A stretch of DNA of 64,000 nt. Source: the human T2T-CHM13v2.0 reference genome, Homo sapiens. Positions 20,337-54,002 of this stretch are shown piece by piece. A model generated the notes under the pieces. The model was not told where the DNA came from, searched no databases, and was given only the letters and a program-made list of their open reading frames with translations. The stretch's first letter is position 1; each line of letters starts with the position of its first letter. The position numbers were made by a program, and so were the translations under genes. The stretch lies in assembly GCF_009914755.1 (NCBI RefSeq), contig NC_060940.1. One strand, 5' to 3'.

Positions 20337-20519
20337 TAAGTTTTTGTAGAGATGAGGTCTCACTATGTTGCCCAGGATAGTCTTAAACTTCTGGACTCAA
20401 ATGACCTTCCTGCCTTGGCCTCCCAGTGAGCCACCGCACCTGGCACTATGCTTTTGTTAAAATTCACTGAATCAAGCAATTAACACCTATGCATTTTACT
20501 ATATAGATATTTTACATCA

Positions 20520-20888
<369 letters not shown>

Positions 20889-21380
20889 CAAAAAATTAGG
20901 AACAAAACCTAAGTCTGATTATGCTTTTCTGCTCAGAACACTCCACGATACCCAGAGGAAAAGCCAAGTCTTGACAGTGGCCTCTGAGCAGGGCGACCAT
21001 AAGTTCTGCTGGCCCAGCTTCTGCCTGCCTTCCCAGCGTGATTAGTACTGCCCTTGTTTTCATTCTCCCAGTGTGAAGGATAATTTAAGTGCTTGCCCTG
21101 CCTGCGAGGCCCAGCTGACCTGAACTCACTCCCCTGCCCCTCCCTCCCTCCGCTCCAGTCACACTGGCTCTCCTTTGCCCTGGCCATTCCCTCTGCCTGG
21201 AATGCCCTTCCCCAGAAACTTGCAAGGCTCTCTCCCTCACCTCCTTCCAGCTTTTCTTCAGCCTTTGCCTCAGTGAGGCCCCTGCCTCGCCCCCGCTTAA
21301 AATCACACCCTGCTCTCTCCCCATCTCCCGTTCTGTGCTTGCTTTTTCCAGCGCACTCTAACTTCCTGCTTAGGATATAA

Positions 21381-21602
<222 letters not shown>

Positions 21603-22829
21603 TAGCAGACATGGGGTGTCACCATGTTGGCCAGGCCGGTTTTGAACTCCTGACCTCAGGTGATTTGCCTGCCTCGGCCTCCCAAAGTGCTAGCCACCAC
21701 GCCCGGCCATTTATTCTGTGTTCTTTAAGCTGCATCCTCAGGTCCTAGAACAGTGCCCAGCAAACAGTAAGTACACAATAAGTACCTATTGCTATGAATA
21801 AAGGGAATCCTCTGCCCTCCTGGGGCTTGCAGGCTGGTGCTGAAGAACCAAGCAGACAGGGACCACTACAAAGCAACAGCCACCACTTCACGACATAGCA
21901 GAGGAGGGGTCAGGGGCTGAGGGAAGGCAGAAGAGACACCCCAGAAGCTGAGACTTGAAAACTGCTTTGGCATCTGCCAGGCGAAGAGGGGAAGGGAGGG
22001 GCTTTCCTGGTGGAGCAGCCAGTGTGAGCAAAACCCAAGGGGTGAGAGATGGCAGCAGGCATCTGGGGGCTGTGAGCAGTTCAGAGAGTGACTGCAGGTG
22101 TGGGTATGCAGCAGGCTGTGGGCTCCATCCTGCAGGTAGTAAGGACAGGAAGGTTCTAACTGGGGGCAGTGGCATGGACAGATTTGGGTTTCTGAAAGAT
22201 TGCCCAGCTACTGGGTGGAGCATGGATTGGAGGTGGGCACCAGGAGGCTGTTAGTTTTGCTGGCACCTAGTAAAGCAGTGTTGCCCTGAAGAAAGGGGCT
22301 AACTGGAAAATTACTTAAGACAGAGACCTAACAGGACGTGGTGGTTCCTGGAAGGTGACTCTGACTTCTGGTGTCACCATCTTGGCTGGCTCCTGGGATG
22401 GTAGGAATAGGTTGTGGGGAGGATGAGGCTGGGGTCTCTGGGATATCCCAATGGAGATGTGATGCAGCCATTTGGCTCCTGGAGTCTGGAGGTGGGGGTG
22501 GAACTTAGAGTCAGAGAATGAGGAACTGTTGATTCAAAGGGCAGGTGGGACCCAGCAGGGAGAGTGTGCACAAAGAGAAGCAAGTCCAGGGCAAGAGACA
22601 GTTCCCAGACCAGGAAGAGGGGAGTGCCCAAGGACAGATGAGGGCTCAGAGGGGAGGAGTCAGTGAGCCCCAGAGGTGGGGCCCGAGAGCCAGGGGTAGA
22701 AGGATTTCCACAAATAGAGTGTGGAATTTGGGGAGGAGGTGGAAAGGGGAGACAGCAAGGTGGTAAATAAGGGCTGTGGCTCTGGAAGAGATAGCTTTTT
22801 AAATTTACCATGTTCACTGTTTTTTTTAA

Positions 22830-22970
<141 letters not shown>

Positions 22971-23102
22971 TGAGACACCATATCCAGCCAAACTGGCTTT
23001 TTTTTTTTTTTTTTTTTTTTTTTTTGAGATGGAATCTCACTCTGTTGCCCAGGCAACCTCCGCCTCCCACGTTCAAGTGATTCTCCTGTCTCAACCTCCT
23101 GA

Positions 23103-23327
<225 letters not shown>

Positions 23328-23396
23328 TAATCCCAGCACTTTGGGAGGCCAAGGCGGGCGGATCACGAGATCAGGAGATCGAGACCATCCTGGTTA

Positions 23397-23603
<207 letters not shown>

Positions 23604-23923
23604 TCAAAGAATGGGGCATGAGAGGGTGGGGGCATGCCTGGGGGGAATCAGGACAGTTTCCTAGGCCCCGTGACCAGGAGAGGGTCAAGAATGGGGGAGA
23701 CTCAAACTTTAGCTTCTCAAGGCTGCTCAGAAATGGACACCCTGTCTGGGGCCAGGCTTCTGTCCCCAGCCTCAGGGACAGGAGAGTCTCTGGTAACCTC
23801 ATTTGTAACATGGGGCAATAGGACAAAACCTGCCATTTATTGAGCACTTATTACGTCCCAGGCCAAAGGCTGTCTCTCCATGTGTGGCCTAATTTAACTC
23901 TCAGAATACTCTCATCAGGCTGA

Positions 23924-24079
<156 letters not shown>

Positions 24080-24489
24080 TGAGTAGCTGAGATTACAGAT
24101 GCCCCGCAACCATGCCCAAGTAATTTTTCTATTTTTAGTAGAGACAGGGTTTCACCATGTTGGTTAGGCCAGTTTTGAACTCCTGACCTCAGTAATCCAA
24201 CCACCTCAGCCTCCCAAAGTGCTGGGATTACAGGTGTGAGCCACCATGCCTGGCCTATTATCTCCATTTTATAGATGAGAAAACAGATGCACAGAAAGGT
24301 TCAGTCACTTGCTCAAGGTGATACAACAAATGAATGCAGATGCTGAGATTCAAACCCGGAACCTGAATTCTGAGCTTCAACACTGCACCACTAACCCACA
24401 CAAGGGACTTTCCCATTTACAGAACACTCTCCTCCCTCGGGAGTGGTTGAGGGGAGTCATGAGGTGGCCACACACCCAGCAAACAGCCG

Positions 24490-25229
<740 letters not shown>

Positions 25230-26661
25230 CTACATTGCAGCAAGCCTGGCTTCCCTGGACAGCACTGGCTCCACCAACACCACTGCAGCTGCTGTCGGAA
25301 GCATCCTTACATTTCCTTTGTTTGTTTAGACACAGGGTCTTGCTTTGTTGCCCAGATTTGAGCACAGTGGTGCAATCATCACTCACTGCAGCCTCAACTT
25401 CCCGGGCTCAAGCAATCTTCCCACCTCAGCCTCCCAAGAAGCTTGGACTACAGGCGCGCACCAGTATGCCTGGCTAATTTTTTCATTTTTGTCTTGCTTT
25501 GTTGCTCAAGCTGGTCTCAAACTCCTGGCCTCAAGCAGTCCTCCCACCTGTGCCTCTCAAAGGCCTGGGATTACAGGTGTGAGCCACCACACCCAGCCTA
25601 CAGTTTTTAATGCTTCTTTAAAGTTCCAATTTGGTCCTCTCTGAACCTCAGTATCTTTCTTTATTAAAAATAAAAATAGGGCCAATATACATGACCCTAT
25701 AGGCACAGAGTGAGAGGGCCTTATATTACTCGAAGCTTCCCACAAACCCCTGGGGCAGATGAGGCCTAGTTATTGTTCCCATTGCTCAGATGAACAAACT
25801 AAGGCTGAGAGTAGAAACAGCCTGCCTAGAGCCACTCAGGGAGTAACAGAGCCAGGACTTGAACCAGGGCTTCTGACTTGAGTTCTAGCACAGAGGTTCA
25901 TGTCTCAGAGCCCAGCTCACATGCCACCTCCTCAGAGAAGCCTGCCTGGAAAACCCCAGCCCATTCATGTATTCATTTATTCATGAAGCAGCTGCTGGGA
26001 CTGCCCTGTTCCCAGTGTTGTGTGGAGACCCCTCAGGAGCCCACAGCCTCGTAGACAAGACAGACACACAAACCACGGATCCCAGAACAGCCTGATAAAT
26101 GATGAAACAAGGAGAATGAAGCCCAAGGGGTTGCTGGAGCTCAAAAAAGGGGAAACTCACTGAGCCTGGAGTCAGGGAAGGCTTCTCGGAGGAGATGGTG
26201 ATTGAGATGGGGATAAGTTAGACCCAACCAGAAGTGTGGCCAGGCATCCCAGGTGGAGGAGTGGCTTCTTCAGGGCAGGGAATGGGTTGGTCATCCCAGG
26301 CCCCCAAGTCCCTCTGGGCCTCTGTGTTATTATGTATGAAACGTGAATAGGCTGGGCGCGGTGGCTCACGCCTGTAATCCCAACACTTTAGGAGGCCAAG
26401 GCAGGAGGAACACTTGAGCCCAGGAGTTCAAGACCAGCCTGGGCAATGTAGCGAGACCCCATGTCTACAAAAAATAAAATTAGCAGGCTGGGCATGGTGG
26501 CTCATGCCTGTAATCCCAGCACTTTGGGAGGCCGAGGCGGGCAAATCACTTGTGGTCAGGAGTTTGAGACCAGCCTGGCCAACATGGCAAAACCCAGTCT
26601 CTACTAAAAATACAAAAATTAGCCGGGCGTGGTGGCAGGCACCTCTAATCCCAGCTACTCA

Positions 26662-26763
<102 letters not shown>

Positions 26764-27266
26764 CTAAAAAAAAATAGTGATAAATAAATAAATAAATAAA
26801 TAAAATTAGCTGAGTATGGTGGCACACACCTGTGGTCCCGGCTACTTGGGAGGCTGAGGTGGGATGTCAAGGCTGCAGTGAGCCATGATCGCACCACTGC
26901 ACTCCTGCCTGGGCAACAGAACAAGTCTGTGTCTCAAAAAAAAAAAAAAAAAAAAAAGAATCATGGCCTAGCTACCCAGAGTTTTGATAATTGTTAGGCC
27001 CAGGCGAGGGCTGAGCAGGAAGAGGGGTCCTGGGCCTCCCAGAGGAGGAGGTGAAGGTCGGGAGATAGGACAGACCTGGGAAGTACTGAGAGGCAGGGTC
27101 CTGGCTCAAGCCCCCACCCCACTCTGCCTTGTGGTGTCACTACAGGAAGGTCCTCTCAGAGCCTCAGTGACCACATCTGAGCAATGGTGCATGAGACAAA
27201 ACTGTCTCCAAAGACCCTCCCCAGCCCTGACGGGGAAATGACATGACACAAAATTACAAAAGGGTC

Positions 27267-27272
27267 TTTATT
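27267..27272 (-). terminator. BCL7C: BCL7C proximal poly(A) signal AATAAA
   Basis: TTTATT on +, about 50 nt after the stop; U/GU-rich TTTTGTGTC downstream on -. Confidence 0.8.
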
Positions 27273-27323
27273 TGTAAAAAGCCAAAGGGGCCCCTGGGGC
27301 AACAGGACAGGCAGGCCGGCTTC

Positions 27324-33402
<6,079 letters not shown>

Positions 33403-34019
33403 GCTGGCGGGGCTGGGGCCGGGGCCGAGCCCGCGGCGGGGCCGCCTCCCGTCCGGCGGGCTCAGGCTCCGCGCCAGGCCCGGGCGCCGCGCTCTCGGCC
33501 TGCCGTCCCCCCTGGAGTTGGCCGCGCCCTCTCTCGTCCCCAACGCCTCCGCAAGTCCCCGCCCCGTTTCCTGCCGCCGCGCCCCGCCCCGGCCTGTCCC
33601 CGGAGCGGCCCGGTGGCGCGGGCGGCCAGAGCCCAGGCCTGGAAGCCCGGCCGGCCCCGCCCCGACCCGGGCCCGCCCCCTTGGAGCGCCTGGACGCTCA
33701 GCGCCCCCTGCCCGCCGCCGAGAGCGGGAGTTGGGGACGGACGCGCGAGTTGGGGACGGAGAGCGGGAGTTGCGACCGGACGCGCGAGGCAGGGCCGAGG
33801 CCGTGTGTTCAGACCACGTGGGCGCGGGGTGCGCGACAGGGTCTGTGTCCTGCGCTGCGTGAGCCGCGGTGGGTGTCCGCGAAACGCTGTGTGTGGAGTG
33901 CGTGCGTGTGTCCGCCCTCGCCAGGCTGTTGGTCTACACCGCCCAACTTACTCAGTCATCCATTCATTCAACAGTCTTGTTAACTGAGTGCCAATTACGC
34001 TCCAGGCGCTGCGAATACG

Positions 34020-34680
34020 AGTGGGTCTCCACCACCAGAATGGCTAAAGTGAAAAAGACCGCACCGTGTGGAGGCGAGAAAGTAGAGCGACTGGACCTCT
34101 CTTGTATTTCTGGGGGAGTGTAAATTGGTAGAGACATTTTGGAAAACTGGCAGTTTTCTAATGAAGCCGAACATATGCCACCTCTGTGATCCAGCAGTTC
34201 CACTCCTAGGCTGTCAACACCCAGCAGAAATGTGTAGGTGTGAGCATCAAGAGGGTGCATGGGAATGTTCAGAGCCCTTTCATAACAGCCCCAAACTGGA
34301 AATAACCCATCAACAGAATGGAAAATGAATGATGCCCTACTCACTACCATGCACATAGACACAGCAACGGGATTGACATGCCCGGCTACACACAGCAACA
34401 TAGACAAGTCGCATGATGAAATCTTGAGTGACAGAAGCCAAATGCAACAGTACATACTAGATGGTTCCAGGTGTATTACGTTCAGAACCAGACAAAACTA
34501 ATTTATAGTGCACCAAAGTCAAGATAGTGATCGCCCTTAGGGTTGGGAGGGGACGAGGGGAGAGCTTCTGGGAGCTGATCCAGTTCTGTTGTGTAATCTG
34601 GTGCTGGTTCCCTGGGCATATGTATTCTGTGAAAATCCATCACATGACTTAAATAAAATGTACATTACTTAAATAAAATG
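34020..34680 (+). mobile_element. Old L1M 3' fragment
   Basis: CACCAGAATGGCTAAAGT..CCAGCAGTTCCACTCCTAGG..CATAACAGCCCCAAACTGGAAATAACCC, typical of L1ME/MC. Confidence 0.7.
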
Positions 34681-35147
34681 AGTGTGTCTTTGTTGACTTT
34701 ATTTGAGGCTGGCTTGTCAGCAGATAAGACCATGTCAAAATTTGTGCTGCTGTTGTGTGTGTGTGTGTGTTTCAAGGTGTGGCTGTTGTGTCTGTGAATT
34801 TGGGCGTGACCATGTCCAGAGGTTAAGGGTATAAGGGGTTAGGAGCATGGTTAAGACAGCATTTTTTTGAGCCAAGCTGCTTAGGTAAAATCCCAGTTGT
34901 GCCACACCTAACTGTGTTACCCTGGACAAGTCACTTCTCTCTATTCCGCATCTATAACACAGGAGTTAGTTAATGTGCATATGGCTCTTAGAACAGTGCC
35001 CAGCACATGGTAAATGCCCAATAAATATTTACAGTTAATACACATGTGATTGTGGGCCCTACCAATTGTCTGGCTCAATTCTATCTGCTGTGCCCTCTCC
35101 AGTTAAACTCTTTCTTCTTTTATTCCAGCAATTGTCTGCTCACGGCA

Positions 35148-35320
35148 ATACACACACCCACTCACACGAACACACGCACACACATGCACGCGCACATGCA
35201 CACACGCGCACACCTGCACACTCACACGCACACAAATCCACTCGCACACACGCATGCTCACACGCACACACGTCCGCATGCACGCACACACGCAGACACA
35301 CGCAAGCGCACACACACACG
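35148..35320. repeat. Degenerate (CA)/(CACG) purine-pyrimidine microsatellite
   Basis: ~170 bp of alternating cacacgcacacatgcacg between the divergent BCL7C and CTF1 promoters. Confidence 0.9.
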
Positions 35321-36105
35321 GGCCTCCTCGTCTTCATTCACAAACCCCATTAGCTTCTGTTGTCTATGGGCTTCCTCGACAGACCGCGAGCCCCTCGCGG
35401 GGGCCAGAAACCAAGTATGGATCATCCCTATGTGCCTTCCTTTCCGTCTACACCAGGTTAATGGGGTTGACGTATGGGTGTGACTTCCTGTCCAGGTCTC
35501 TGTAGCTTGTTCTCCTGGGGGTGGGGGGCGGGGTGTGATTGTTACTAGGCCTGCTAAGAAGAGGAGAGCAGTGTATCTGTCTCCCTCCTGGTGGGTGTGA
35601 CAATGAGATTGGAAGCCATCTAAGATAGGCCAGGAGATGTATGTCTGGACAAACATGCCCCAAGCCTGACGGCCCCCATCGTAGCCTCCCTCGCAAGCCG
35701 CGCCCCAGACTAGAGAGAGGGCCTGCGCATTCCTGTCCTGCCAGTCCGGCAGTTCCCTCTCCTGTCTCCTCAGCTTTACACCCAAAGCAGCCGCTGCCTC
35801 AGGTCCAAGCCTGAGCCCGCGGCAGAACATTGGGCTGCCTCCCAGGCCCTGACACCCCCAGCCCCGAGGTCCTGTCCACCCGGCAGACAACTTGCCTTCC
35901 CCCTCGGGCCCCTTCCCCCACTAGGCCCCACGGACGAGGAGCTGAGCTCAGGGCCAAGGAATCCTGTCTCAAAAGGGGGGGTAGGATGAAATGTTTGGGG
36001 TCTGGGCTCTGATTGGCTGCGCCCGGGCCACGCCCCCAGCCCTTTCCCCTTTCTCCCCCCTCGAAAGGGGGGCGTGAAGGGAGCCGGGATCAGCCAGGGG
36101 CCAGC

Positions 36106-42003
<5,898 letters not shown>

Positions 42004-42164
42004 GCGCCGCGGGGCAGCTCGCCCCGCCTCCTCCCGCTGGGTTCCGTCTCTCCTTCCGCTTCTTTGTCTTTCTCTGCCGCTGTCGGTGTCTGTCTGTCTG
42101 CTCTTAGCTGTCTCCATTGCCTCGGCCTTCTTTGCTTTTTGTGGGGGAGAGGGGAGGGGACGGG

Positions 42165-42438
42165 CAGGGTCTCTGTCGCCCAGGCTGGGGTGCAGTGGCG
42201 CGATCCCAGCACTGCAGCCTCAACCTCCTGGGCTCAAGCCATCCTTCCGCCTCAGCTTCCCCAGCAGCTGGGACTACAGGCACGCGCCACCACAGCCGGC
42301 TAATTTTTTATTTAATTTTTTGTAGAGACGAGGTTTCGCCATGTTGCCCAGGCTGGTCTTGAACTCCGGGGCTCAAGCGATCCTCCCGCTTCAGCCTCCC
42401 TAAGTGCTGGGATTGCAGGCGTGAGCCACTTTCCCAGC
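42165..42438 (-). mobile_element. Old Alu in the CTF1 3' UTR
   Basis: Antisense AluJ-like sequence between the stop and the poly(A) signals. Confidence 0.85.
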
Positions 42439-42956
42439 CTCTCTTTGCTTTGCCTGCCCCGTTCTCTTAACTCTTGGACCCTCCTCGTCTGCATGGTAAC
42501 TCCGTCTGAGTCTACCATTTTCTTGCTCTCCCTCCTTCCTTGGGCCTGCCTCAGTTCCCTTTGGCCTCCCCCTTTACCCAGCTCTTGGGGTGTCTCTGTT
42601 TTTTCCATCCCCACTTCCTGCCTTCTCGTGGCCCTGTGTGAGCACATGTGTACATCTCAGCCTTATCTCAAGGAGGTGACACCTTCTCTCCTTGTCCCCA
42701 TCTGGCCGTCTCTCTGTGCTTCCCTGGCCAGGGGCGTGCCTGCTGGTCCTATGGGGGGAAGGCTACTCCGCATCTCAGCCACCTTCCTCAGGCTCACTCC
42801 ACCTACATCCCCAGTCTGCCACACCCCATCCCTTTGGGCCTCAGCCCTGTCCCTTTGATGTCCTCCTTTCCTTCAGCCCCTCTGCCCTGTCCCTGCACAC
42901 CTCCACTGCCTCCCAGCAGATCTGTGGAGACAAAACAAGCAACACCTTAAAAGAGT

Positions 42957-43008
42957 TTTATTTCTGAAAATAAATTAATTTTTTGTAAATAAAATGTTTA
43001 AAAATAAA
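42957..43008. terminator. Cluster of poly(A) signals: AATAAA on + at 42969, 42988 and 43003 (CTF1); AATAAA on - at 42962-42957 (candidate for CTF2P)
   Basis: Hexamers read directly; GU-rich tracts downstream on both strands. Confidence 0.75.
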
Positions 43009-43811
43009 AAAGAAACTAAAGTTACTTGTATATATAGTTGTTGAAAATGGGGAGACAGCTTTAGGGAGAAAAGGACCCTTGGGATGCAGCCTAGTCCCCC
43101 AGACATGCCCAAGAAGCCCAGCAGTATAAATAGGAGGCTGACAGCCCCTGGCCAGTGGTGCCCTCTGCCAGCCCAGAACAGGAAGTGGATGTGTCCTAAC
43201 AGGAAACAGATGTGATGCAGTCCTTAGTTCTTCAAGAATTGGGCTTCCATGGATCAGGAAGTGGAGCCCCTGAGGACAGGAAGTGGAACAGTAGCCCCAG
43301 AGAGACAGGCCAAGGAGGGGAGCCAATGAACTTCAGCAGGAAGAAGGAAGCCTATCCGCTTAGAAAGGCGGGCTCTTCATACAGCGAATGAGGCAGACAG
43401 AGACAGGAAGGCAGCCCCAACCGTCCCAAAATTACAAAAAAGGGAAGGTCTCAGGGAGAGCCTAGGAAGGGGACCAACTGTCCTCTCCCTGTAGAGTGAC
43501 AGGTGAAGCCTCTTTGGAGAGGTGCATCTTTCCAACCAGGAAGTGGACACCCAGTACCACTGGATGGGTAACCCATGGAATGGCATCCATGGAGGTTGAC
43601 CCAGACCTAGAACGCAGGCCAGAGGACCTGGGCCGGAAGGCCCTGAAATAAGGAAATTGAGGCCTGGCTCCCAGGAAATATTCCCATACATGGCACCCAA
43701 GCCCCATCTGCTAGATGAGGTTTATCTCCTTTTCTAGCCCACAAGCAAGGCAGAAAAGAGGCCATTGTGAAAGAGGAAGTGCTGCAGCCTCTGACAGGAA
43801 GTCCTACCCCT

Positions 43812-49676
<5,865 letters not shown>

Positions 49677-49751
49677 GCTCTCTCCTCGGCTTCTTCCTCT
49701 CTGCAGCCTCTGGGTCTTTCAGGACACCTGTCCTTCTGCCCCTCAGGTGTC

Positions 49752-49757
49752 TTTATA
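49752..49757 (-). promoter_or_regulatory. CTF2P: TATA box of CTF2P
   Basis: GGTATAAAG on -, about 75 nt upstream of the ATG. Confidence 0.7.
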
Positions 49758-51286
49758 CCTGGGGCTGAGCCCTGGGGTGGCCCAAGAGGGAGGGAGGGAG
49801 TCACATCCTGGGGAGAGGGGCAGGAGCAGGCAGGGCCCTGGCAAAGAATGAGAGACAGACCTGGCCACCAGACAGGACAGGGAGCGGGTGGGAGGACCCA
49901 GAAGGGGGACATATGTTCCGCACGGGGAGGCCTCGTGTGCAGAAGCCCCAGAGGAAGGAAATGGGTAGGGAAGGGGACACAGATGGGACCCCCAGGCCCC
50001 TCCAGCTCCCAAACTCGACCCTAAACCCTGGTGGCTGGGAGGGAGGGGGCGAGGGCGTGATGGGGATTATCCAGGGACAAAGGGGCCGCCCCGCTCCCTG
50101 CTGTTCTGCAGGTCCTGGGATCCAGTTTCCCAGAGGAGGCCGCCCCCTGCTCCGCCCCACAGGGACCCAGGCGCTGGGCCCGGGCTCCCAAGGAGTTTGG
50201 AAAAAGGACAGGAGGGATGGTGTGTGAGCAACATCATCGTCCACACCCAGGTTCACCCTTAGGCACAGGAACAGTCACACGTCTACACAGGCATTGGCAC
50301 GTGGGCACACACAGGCATGAGCACACACTTTCATGCGCTCATTCATTCAGGACTTATGGGCCCTGACTGTGCACCAGTCCCTGTTTTAAGTGCTGGGGAC
50401 AGAGTATGGAACAAGACAGACAAAAATCCGTGCCCTCGTGGAGCTGACACTTTAGTAGACATGGGTACATATATGTGGGATCATGCCAGGCCTACACACA
50501 TCACACACACAGTCCCAGACACACGCGTGCACACAGGGGAACCCATAGTGCATCCCTGGGGGCCCAGCCAGAGGCACCTACACAGAGCAGACGTGGGACA
50601 CACACCTCATGCCCATAGATGCACGCAGAGGTGGGGACCAGGGGTCATGGGATCTGGCCACGTCTTAGCCTCTGATACACTAGGAGATCTCCTCCCTCTG
50701 CCCAGGCACAACACACTTGGACTTACACACACACACCTAAGACACTGTCCCTCGGGGAAGCCTTGCAGCAGAGGGGCAGGGTCGGAGAGGCAGATGCTGG
50801 GTTCTGGTCTTTCTCCAGTACTCCCCCAAACTCTCCATCATGGAACCAATGTTAAGTTCTCATCCCTGCCACCCCCTGAGTCAGGCAGTGATCGGTCAGA
50901 CTCCCACCCTAGTGGGCTGGAATACTGCTCCACCCTAGCTTCCCTGGTCAGGTGGTAACCTGGAGGCAGAGGGGCCCACACAGTCACTCAAGAGGTGTTT
51001 TATTTTTATTTTTATTTTTTATTTTTGCGACGGAGTCTCACTCCGTCGCCCAGGCTGAAGTGCAGTGGCACGATCTCGGCTCACTGCAACCTCTGCCTCA
51101 CCTCCCAGGTTCAAGTGATTCTTCTGCCTCAGCCTCCCGAGTAGCTGGGATTACAGGCAAGTGCCACAACGCCCAGCTAACTTTTATATTTTTAGTACAG
51201 ACAGGGTTTCGCCATGTTGGTCAGGCTGGTCTCGAACTCCTGACCTTGTGATCCGCCCGCCTCAGCCTCCCAAAGTGCTGGCATTA

Positions 51287-51718
<432 letters not shown>

Positions 51719-51771
51719 TCAGGAGATCGAGACCATCCTGACTAAAAATCAGTGAAACCCCGTCTCTACTA

Positions 51772-52423
<652 letters not shown>

Positions 52424-53064
52424 TGACCCCAGTAGCTATTAACACAGCACCTACTGTGTGCCAGCACCAGGGTGAATAATGAGGCAGGTAAGGTCCCTGC
52501 CTCACGGGTACACAGTCTGGTCGGGGAGACCAGCACGAAACATGTGAATTAACACACAGCAAGGTTTCCTAAAGTGACATGGTGCTGAGAAGAAGCCCAG
52601 ACAGGTTGGTGTGATGAGCTGGGTGTTCGGAATACTTAGATAAGGAGCCTGAGGCCCAGAAAGGGGCGGCTACTTACCTGGAGTCACACAGCAGAGTCAG
52701 GGCAGATGCTGGACTCCTGTCCCCAGCTTGGGGCTGGCTGTGGGGTTCCAGATCTGAACTGTGAGCTGAAGGAAGGAGGAGGTTGAAGGAAAAGATGGAT
52801 TCTGAGGTGAGGGGTCCTAAACAGGCTCTCCAAGGCTGGGGGCTGCTAGGGCTGGCCGGCAGGGCCTGTGCCAGGCAGGTGGTGATATCAGGGGATTATA
52901 GGAGGCCCATTAAGTGGGTGCACCGAGGCATGGGCCGTGCCATGGTAGTAGAGCAGGGGGAAGAGGAGGTACAGGAGGGGGAGAGTGAGGCAGATACTCG
53001 ATCTGGTACTATTCACAGGTGGACGGCCTACATGGGGCAGGCCTCACCTGGGAGGGCAGGCTAA

Positions 53065-53325
<261 letters not shown>

Positions 53326-53384
53326 TAGTAGAGACGGGGTTTCATTGTGTTAGCCAGGATGGTCTCGATCTCCTGACCTCGTGA

Positions 53385-54002
<618 letters not shown>

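Noticed and set aside
43088-43110. p53 response element (AGCCTAGTCC-ccc-AGACATGCCC)
   Set aside because: Only one perfect half-site with a 3-nt spacer; expected by chance.
50317-50958. 213-aa ORF upstream of CTF2P
   Set aside because: Starts in L2-like repeat sequence and CA-rich low complexity; no splice or domain support.
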